The notes under the pieces: generated by a model | Told to the model about the DNA's origin: nothing | Databases searched by the model: none | The model's input: only the letters and a program-made list of their open reading frames with translations | Program-made: the position numbers and the translations under genes | Shown here: positions 57,526 to 64,000 of the stretch, piece by piece | Position numbering within the stretch: position 1 is the first letter of the stretch | Layout: every line of letters starts with the position of its first letter | Source of the DNA: a virus | Reading direction: 5' to 3' (one strand) | IMG/VR virus record: IMGVR_UViG_3300028829_002760 | Coordinates: 45,935-109,934 of that record | DNA: 64,000 nt

Positions 57526-60500
57526 TTAGTATAAGTATTCAACTTGTCCACCAGCGGCAAGATAATTATCTAATTCTTCTTGAGTCATATAAGTTACCTC
57601 ATCTTGTTCATAATGTTTATGATCTGAGTTACGCATATTCAAACCATTGTACATTTTATGAGTTCCACCTTGTCCCATAATATATCCTCCAAACTGAGTC
57701 ACATCAGATGACACACCACTTGCATCTTGACCCGTTTGATCAAATCTAAATGCTCCATGCTGTGGCCCCATAGTAGCAATATAATTACCTTTATTTCTTC
57801 CAGTTGTAGTTGGAGCATTTGCTTCAGTAGACATTTTTCCCATCATGTAAGTTTTATTGCTATTTGCATTTTTATTTTTATCTAAATAGCCAGCAATCGG
57901 TCTTGCAATAACATTATTAAATACATTAAGACCAGCTTGAAAATCTACTGGCCTCATTCTTTTACTTTCCTTATCTACACCTATTAAACCTGGATTATAA
58001 CATTCACTAGTAGGGTCCATTAATTCTTCTTCAGTAGCATTAGCACAAGGAGTTTCTTTTTGTGGAATTACATTTTGTGCTTGTTGATTTAAAGTTGCTC
58101 CAGTATCTCTTGTTTCAGCATATGAACCTGTACCTGTTGGTGTAATAAATGAGAAAGGGTTAAGATTTTGATTATTAGCTCCCCAAGTATCTCCTCCAGA
58201 CAATTCATTTTCAAATTCAGTTTGTGGAGAAAATTGATTATATGCAGATGATTTATCACCCATACCAACACCAAAACCTGTATTAGAATCAAATGCACCA
58301 AACCTAGCTTGAGGTAAATATCCTCCTAGTTGTTGTGTATTTAAATTTCTTCTAAGTTTTTTGAGTCTTCTAGCTTCTTGTCTATCTGATCTATTTATCT
58401 CCCTCTCTTTCTCTCTTGTAAGAGAATTTATTTCTCTATCTTCTTGTCTTTGAATAGATCTAGCATCTCTAAATCTTTCTTTATCTTCCCGAGCATATAA
58501 TTTATCTAGTTGTTTTTGACTTTTTGGCCCTGGTATACCATATGGTGTAGCAGAATCAGCAACATATGGATCATACGTTTGATTAGGTGCATGTCTCCTG
58601 TCTTCATCTGCCCAATAATCTTCTCCATATTTATCACCTAAATACTTAGAATATCTTCTATCTTTTCTACTTTGTTTAAAATCTTTTATACCTTCACTAG
58701 CATCTTGAACAAGATTAGTAGCTGCGTCTGATATATTATCAATCATGTTATCATTCTCACCTCTATCTCTTCTTTTACGTCTACCATCACTTTGATTATT
58801 TTGCATAAGTTCAAGCATCTCAGGTGTTATACCTTTACCAGAAGGATCATAATATTCAGTCCACTTTTTAGGTCTTCTACCAAATAATGTAGACTTATGT
58901 ACGTCTTTCATTACCATTGGTCCTAACTCACCTATGTAACCATCACCTGTATTTGTAAAATAAGGAAGACTTGTTTGTTGAGTCCAAGGCATCCCTCTTC
59001 CTATTGATTGATTCCAAGGAGCTAGATTATTAAACAAACCACCCCTTGTTGTTCTACCTCTTTGATAATGTGGATGATATTGCATCATTGGTATACAGCT
59101 ACCATATGTAGGATTATATACATGTCCAGGAGGACAATTTTGTTCCATCCCTTCATGAGCTTGAGGTATATCATATGGTTCATATGACTCTGATTCCATA
59201 CCACCTGAAATAAACCTAGTAAGAGGATTTTCAGAATTCATATTTACAAAGCCTCCACTTTGTGTTTCCATATTATTAAAGTAATTTATATAATCATCCA
59301 TATTTATACCATATTTAGCTGCTTGTATCTGTTGACCCTGATCTTCAGCTAAGTTTTCTTTTAACTGTCCATCAGACATTAATGTTTGCATAATTTCAGG
59401 ATTTCCCTTTGCTAACTCATATATTTCACCTGTCGTAGCTTTATTTGAACCTTCTTTAAGATTGCCTACAAAGTTAGGTACTATTTTTCCAACTTCCCTA
59501 GTTCCAGTATCCATTCTATTACCTTTACCAATAGTATTAGGATCATTTGGATTTGCACCACCTTCTTCATAAAATGATAAAAACTGTTTACTAAACTTTC
59601 TTTTACTAACCTTACCACCTTCTTTTTGATTTTCAGGAATAGTATCCCAATCCATATTATCTAAAGTATTATATCTATTTCTGTTAAAAATTCGTGAATT
59701 AACATAATCATTATTAATACCATTAAGAGAATCGGGAAGTTGTAATTGAAACGGATCATTCATAGGAAACTCTTGAGGTTGAGTTCTAGGTAATAAATTT
59801 CTTAGGGGTCCTAGTGGTTCAGCATCTGGTTCACCATACATAGCATCATAACCTTTATAACCTAAATAAGCACCTAACCCACCTAAAAGAGATGCATTTC
59901 TACCTTTTCTACGGAAGTAGTTTGTATTATTCATAATATCTTCAGCCACATTTACATCATCTAAAGGAGCAGTAATGTTTTTACTAGTATTTCCATATGA
60001 CAATGTAGGCTCACTAATATCTATAATATTTTTACCTCTAGTTCTAAGAGGGTTATATCCTAACATACTTGAAATTGCACCAAAAGGAAATGTTCCGTAT
60101 TGATATCCTAATTGTTCTATACCTCTACCAATTTGATTTTTTGCACTTAAATCACCCCAGGCTTTAGGTGGTATAGATGTTACTTCTTGACGACTAATTA
60201 AACTTCTAGGAAAACCTGAAGTTCTTAATCCAGGTCCTGTACTAATCCCTAACGGGTAAGATGAACCCAAAGTACTACTTGCTTTACTAAATAAACTTTC
60301 ACCAAGTGTTCTACTTAATGAAGGTACTAAAGGTCTAGTTACTTTAAACATGTTATTCATTCCCGTAACTAATGGTTCACCCATACCATCAAATATCTCA
60401 AAAACACCACTTTCACTAGGTTTATAATAGAATCTATTTCTAAACTTAACTGGTTTAGCATCACTAGCAATAGTAAAATAGCTAGTTGGATCACCAGGTT

Positions 60501-62004
60501 TATATGAAGTAGATATGTCAAAGAATTTATTACCAGCATCATCTTGACCCATGCTAATTTTAGACTTTCCAGGATAAATACCACCAATTGTCCCTTCTCC
60601 CTCAACAACATCATCTAAATTAAAAGAAGACCTACCTTCTGTATTACCTTTAGTTATAATGTTTTGTAAATCTTCAGTAGCAAATACTAATCTATCTACA
60701 TTTAATTCTTCAGGGTTAGATAGATTTTTACTAAATAATTCATTACCTGTAGATGTACCTTGAGTAAGGTTTTGAAGTCCTATAATATTTTGACTTAAAT
60801 ATGAATCTTGTTGAGGACCTTTTTTCATTCCAGTCAACCAATTTAAACCTGGCGTTTTATGTAAACCATACCCTAATGCTGTAAATGCAGGTGCAATTTT
60901 TCCTAAAGTAGATACATTTTGAAATTGTGGTAGTTTATTATACCAGTCGTATCCTTTTTTAAGTCCTGAGAATGGTTTTGTAATTAAACCCATGTCGGCT
61001 TTAGGAAGTTCAGGGACTGCACCACCTTTTTTAGCTAACCAGTTTTCATTGTTCCATGAAGCTATAGAATTATAATCAGGTAAATAGCTAGATATGTTTG
61101 TACCTTGTGGATTAAACAACTGTACACCCGCTTGATTCTGAATCATCTTATCTAAAGAAAAGTTAGGTTCATCCATTTGCCCAGCTCTATCATATTGATT
61201 TAAAATAGGATCTTGTGTTGACCCACCTTCATCATAAAAACCACCATAACCAAAGTTTGCATTAACCTTTCTATTATTTTGATATCCTAATCCTGTTTCT
61301 TCTTCTTGTTTATCTTGTTCACTTCTTAGTTTATCAACTAAAGCAGAACCACCAGCAGTACCTGCTAATGCAGCAATTTTTTCTGAATTATTTAAACTTG
61401 CCCATTTATCTTTTAATCTTTTAAAATCAAAAGCTGGTACACTAACGTTTATATTTCCTATTTTTAAAGTATACTTTTTAAATGGAGGATTACTACCACC
61501 AAACTTAAAAGCTTGTTCTTGCATAGATTGCTCATCAAAACTGTCTTCATTAGCATAGTTATATATATGAGAATTATCTTCATCCATTTCAGACATAGCT
61601 AACTCTTCTTCATCTTGTTGTTCTAACATTTCTTCTTCACTAAGTCCTTGTTGAGTTGGTTGACCCTCTTCAGCTGCTTGTTCTCCAGTTTGATTTTGCA
61701 TCTCTTCTGGATTTATATAACCTTCTTTAACTAATTGTTGATATGCACCTTGTATAATCATACCAGCTGTATTAGCATCAACACCATAGTCACGAATAAT
61801 ATCATAATATACAACATCTGCTGGAGCATCATTCATTAAACTATTATATGCAGTTGTAAACATTTGCTGCATTAATTGTTGCTGTTCTCCATTATTGTCA
61901 ACAGACATTCCTGTTTGAGCTTTTTTAAGAAATTGCTTTGTCTTATTTATATAACCAGGAGTCTCTCCTTTTTTTGCTTTTCTTATTTTTACAGTTTTTT
62001 TCAT
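57526..62004 (-). CDS. Low-complexity modular virion protein (1492 aa) with many xxGG motifs
   Basis: Long ORF with repeated FKFGG/YDEGG/AKKGG/QKEGG/YEEGG/TQSGG/QQLGG/TQFGG motifs. Confidence 0.7.
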   Translation of the reverse strand: MKKTVKIRKAKKGETPGYINKTKQFLKKAQTGMSVDNNGEQQQLMQQMFTTAYNSLMNDAPADVVYYDIIRDYGVDANTAGMIIQGAYQQLVKEGYINPEEMQNQTGEQAAEEGQPTQQGLSEEEMLEQQDEEELAMSEMDEDNSHIYNYANEDSFDEQSMQEQAFKFGGSNPPFKKYTLKIGNINVSVPAFDFKRLKDKWASLNNSEKIAALAGTAGGSALVDKLRSEQDKQEEETGLGYQNNRKVNANFGYGGFYDEGGSTQDPILNQYDRAGQMDEPNFSLDKMIQNQAGVQLFNPQGTNISSYLPDYNSIASWNNENWLAKKGGAVPELPKADMGLITKPFSGLKKGYDWYNKLPQFQNVSTLGKIAPAFTALGYGLHKTPGLNWLTGMKKGPQQDSYLSQNIIGLQNLTQGTSTGNELFSKNLSNPEELNVDRLVFATEDLQNIITKGNTEGRSSFNLDDVVEGEGTIGGIYPGKSKISMGQDDAGNKFFDISTSYKPGDPTSYFTIASDAKPVKFRNRFYYKPSESGVFEIFDGMGEPLVTGMNNMFKVTRPLVPSLSRTLGESLFSKASSTLGSSYPLGISTGPGLRTSGFPRSLISRQEVTSIPPKAWGDLSAKNQIGRGIEQLGYQYGTFPFGAISSMLGYNPLRTRGKNIIDISEPTLSYGNTSKNITAPLDDVNVAEDIMNNTNYFRRKGRNASLLGGLGAYLGYKGYDAMYGEPDAEPLGPLRNLLPRTQPQEFPMNDPFQLQLPDSLNGINNDYVNSRIFNRNRYNTLDNMDWDTIPENQKEGGKVSKRKFSKQFLSFYEEGGANPNDPNTIGKGNRMDTGTREVGKIVPNFVGNLKEGSNKATTGEIYELAKGNPEIMQTLMSDGQLKENLAEDQGQQIQAAKYGINMDDYINYFNNMETQSGGFVNMNSENPLTRFISGGMESESYEPYDIPQAHEGMEQNCPPGHVYNPTYGSCIPMMQYHPHYQRGRTTRGGLFNNLAPWNQSIGRGMPWTQQTSLPYFTNTGDGYIGELGPMVMKDVHKSTLFGRRPKKWTEYYDPSGKGITPEMLELMQNNQSDGRRKRRDRGENDNMIDNISDAATNLVQDASEGIKDFKQSRKDRRYSKYLGDKYGEDYWADEDRRHAPNQTYDPYVADSATPYGIPGPKSQKQLDKLYAREDKERFRDARSIQRQEDREINSLTREKEREINRSDRQEARRLKKLRRNLNTQQLGGYLPQARFGAFDSNTGFGVGMGDKSSAYNQFSPQTEFENELSGGDTWGANNQNLNPFSFITPTGTGSYAETRDTGATLNQQAQNVIPQKETPCANATEEELMDPTSECYNPGLIGVDKESKRMRPVDFQAGLNVFNNVIARPIAGYLDKNKNANSNKTYMMGKMSTEANAPTTTGRNKGNYIATMGPQHGAFRFDQTGQDASGVSSDVTQFGGYIMGQGGTHKMYNGLNMRNSDHKHYEQDEVTYMTQEELDNYLAAGGQVEYLY

Positions 62005-62064
62005 AAGATATATTATATATTAATATACTAAATTTAAATTTAATCTATAAACTTATATAGTTTA
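62005..62064 (-). promoter_or_regulatory. Intergenic element with TAAACT-N5-AGTTTA palindrome and AT-rich box
   Basis: Minus strand reads TAAACTATATAAGTTTA...AAATTTAGTATATTAA upstream of ATG 62004. Confidence 0.45.
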
Positions 62065-63999
62065 AACATCCTCTATAATGTAACCATTTTTAGCATACTC
62101 AGCTATTTGGTTTTCATCTAATTTCAAGACCATACCACCCATTTTCTTAGGTTCAATATATTCATCTATTTTTTCATCTATTTTTTCTATAACATTCCCT
62201 ATAGGTTTATATATTTTTTCATTATAGATATCATGAACTGGATTATCACCACCTAACAATGATACTCCAGCACCTGCTGCACCGAGATACCCAAGTCTTT
62301 CAATTAAACTTTGAGTATATCCACCCAACGTTCTCCAATCAAACTCATCAGCTCTAAGTTTATCCATATTAATTGGGGTGTACTTATTAGAAAAAGGAAG
62401 TCTTCTATGTAAAGTTACTCCAGGATCCATAATAGAGTTAAAAGGTTTTCCAAAACCTTCATTAACTAAAACACCATCTCTATCTTTAAATACCTGTGTT
62501 TGTATATTAGATCCAGGTGCATAAGGATCAAAAGCAGCCATAAACACTCCTGGATACTTTTCATTAATATAACCTTCCTCACCCCAGTTACCTTCATTTA
62601 CTATTGTATTTTTACCCATCCTAAATTTAGCTCCATGTTCAGGAGAAATGATACCTGAATTTTTAACACCACCTAGATCATCACCCATTTTTCTAAACAC
62701 TATACCATCTAATTTATTTGATTCACTAGTTGGGTAATGTTGACCATAAAAAGGTAAACTACTTAAAGGACTTCCTGTAAACGGACCTACTCCCTCAATT
62801 GGAGCACCTAGCACAATTGCTCGAGCTGGATGACCCATTACAGGTGCTATTAGTTTAGCAAAACTATTTACAGTACCTAAACTTTGTGTATTTATATCTC
62901 TAAGTAATTTTTTTGTAGAATTAGGAACATATACAGCATTAGCAGCATTTTTAAATTTTTCATAGTCTTTATTAGCCTTAGTAAATACTTTAAGACTCTT
63001 AGTTATTAAACCTTTATCTGCTCTTGGTATTACTCCACCATCTTTTTCTTGATTTTGAAATAAATCATCATCAGAAGGAGGAGGAGAATCTGGAAATATA
63101 AGTTCTTTTAATGACTTTTTAGAATCTGTATATATCTGTTTATCTTTCATGAGCTGTAAACTTTTTGGACCCTCCTTACTAAAAGGATGAAATTGTTGTA
63201 AAGCGTTTAGTTTATCCCACTCACTTGACCAAGCTTTATCATAAATATCCTCCCCTACTTTATTAGCATTATGATATGGTAAAAGTACATCAGTATCATA
63301 AGGATGCTGTACACCAGAAAATTTCCACCCTGGACTTAATCCAAATAGTTTATATGATAAAGGAGAGTCTTTATATGCATCAATTTTTAGTTGATCATTA
63401 GCTTTTTGAAGATTGAATCTATCTAACCAATAATTCATTCCTTCATATTCTGATTTTACAATATTTTGACTTTGATTAGAAATCTTACTTAAAAGTTCAT
63501 AAGGAACATTTTGCATCGTAGATGCTGTAAATGGTACTGGATTCTCACTTATATATTTATTAAATAATGTAATAGCATTTTTATATTCCTCACTATTCTC
63601 TGGATAGGTACGAATAGCATCTGAAAGTTCATTATATATTTTCATATAATCATGAAACTCTTCAGTTGCTTTAGCTTCATATTCATTATAATTATTAATC
63701 TGTAAAGCTTTGTCCTGTAGAAGTTTTTTATCTCGTTTAGCAAAATCTTCCCAAGCAGTAATATTATTTAGCTGCATATCTCCCATCATATTTAATTGGC
63801 CAAGATCTGCTGATGGGTCAAGAAATTTTTTAAAATATGGATTCCATATTTTACCTACATCACCTTTCTTTATTTTTACTCCAGTAAGAGCTGGAACATT
63901 AGTTAAATCTTTTATTTTTTTTAGTGATTTAGTAATTAAACCTTTATCTGCCTTTGGTAATTCACCACCTAAGTCATATCTTTTTCTATTCCACTTATT
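62062..63999 (-). CDS. Modular virion protein, 5'-truncated by the window edge
   Basis: The frame stays open from ORF-track start 63789 to the edge (NKWNRKRYDLGGELPKADKGLITKSLK...); two GG-xx-(L/I)P(K/R)ADKGLITKSLK modules. Confidence 0.75.
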   Translation of the reverse strand, partial: NKWNRKRYDLGGELPKADKGLITKSLKKIKDLTNVPALTGVKIKKGDVGKIWNPYFKKFLDPSADLGQLNMMGDMQLNNITAWEDFAKRDKKLLQDKALQINNYNEYEAKATEEFHDYMKIYNELSDAIRTYPENSEEYKNAITLFNKYISENPVPFTASTMQNVPYELLSKISNQSQNIVKSEYEGMNYWLDRFNLQKANDQLKIDAYKDSPLSYKLFGLSPGWKFSGVQHPYDTDVLLPYHNANKVGEDIYDKAWSSEWDKLNALQQFHPFSKEGPKSLQLMKDKQIYTDSKKSLKELIFPDSPPPSDDDLFQNQEKDGGVIPRADKGLITKSLKVFTKANKDYEKFKNAANAVYVPNSTKKLLRDINTQSLGTVNSFAKLIAPVMGHPARAIVLGAPIEGVGPFTGSPLSSLPFYGQHYPTSESNKLDGIVFRKMGDDLGGVKNSGIISPEHGAKFRMGKNTIVNEGNWGEEGYINEKYPGVFMAAFDPYAPGSNIQTQVFKDRDGVLVNEGFGKPFNSIMDPGVTLHRRLPFSNKYTPINMDKLRADEFDWRTLGGYTQSLIERLGYLGAAGAGVSLLGGDNPVHDIYNEKIYKPIGNVIEKIDEKIDEYIEPKKMGGMVLKLDENQIAEYAKNGYIIEDV

Positions 64000-64000
64000 A

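Noticed and set aside
25690-60614. Short + strand and alternative-frame ORFs inside the giant minus-strand genes
   Set aside because: Antisense or frame shadows of long real ORFs, rich in Ser/Phe/Leu/Ile, with no motifs.
1-64000. Stop-codon reassignment (TAG or TGA), common in some crAss-like phages
   Set aside because: Genes, including a 10-kb ORF, are intact under the standard code, and TAA, TAG and TGA all end genes at sensible junctions.
1-64000. tRNA, rRNA, CRISPR array, integrase or transposase
   Set aside because: No cloverleaf, regular repeat-spacer array or recombinase motif seen; intergenic gaps are short. A tRNAscan run would be needed to be certain.

Overview
AT-rich fragment of a large dsDNA phage of the crAss-like (Crassvirales-type) supergroup, most likely infecting Bacteroidota/Flavobacteria (inference from gene content). 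Two converging blocks meet at a hairpin terminator near 25.55 kb. The + strand block (1-25.5 kb) carries early and replication genes: HNH/NinG-like nuclease, SF2 helicase, ClpS-like adaptor, spore-photoproduct-lyase-like radical SAM enzyme, an array of small accessory genes joined by a repeated 17-bp junction, uracil-DNA glycosylase, DnaB-like helicase, Sak4-like ATPase, primase, GIY-YIG nuclease, a vWA/MoxR module, PD-(D/E)xK exonuclease and family B DNA polymerase. The - strand block (25.6-64 kb) encodes putative virion cargo/ejection proteins, including a 3457-aa virion RNA polymerase (RIP...DFDID). The most striking pattern: three consecutive giant proteins (8,467 aa in total) contain, by my reading, only four cysteines, all at the termini facing the neighbouring protein, suggesting a head-to-tail disulfide-linked cargo chain. 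The upstream cargo proteins show a second possible head-to-tail docking code and many repeated xxGG motifs. The standard genetic code fits, and I saw no tRNA, rRNA or CRISPR array. All calls are by-eye motif recognition without database searches.
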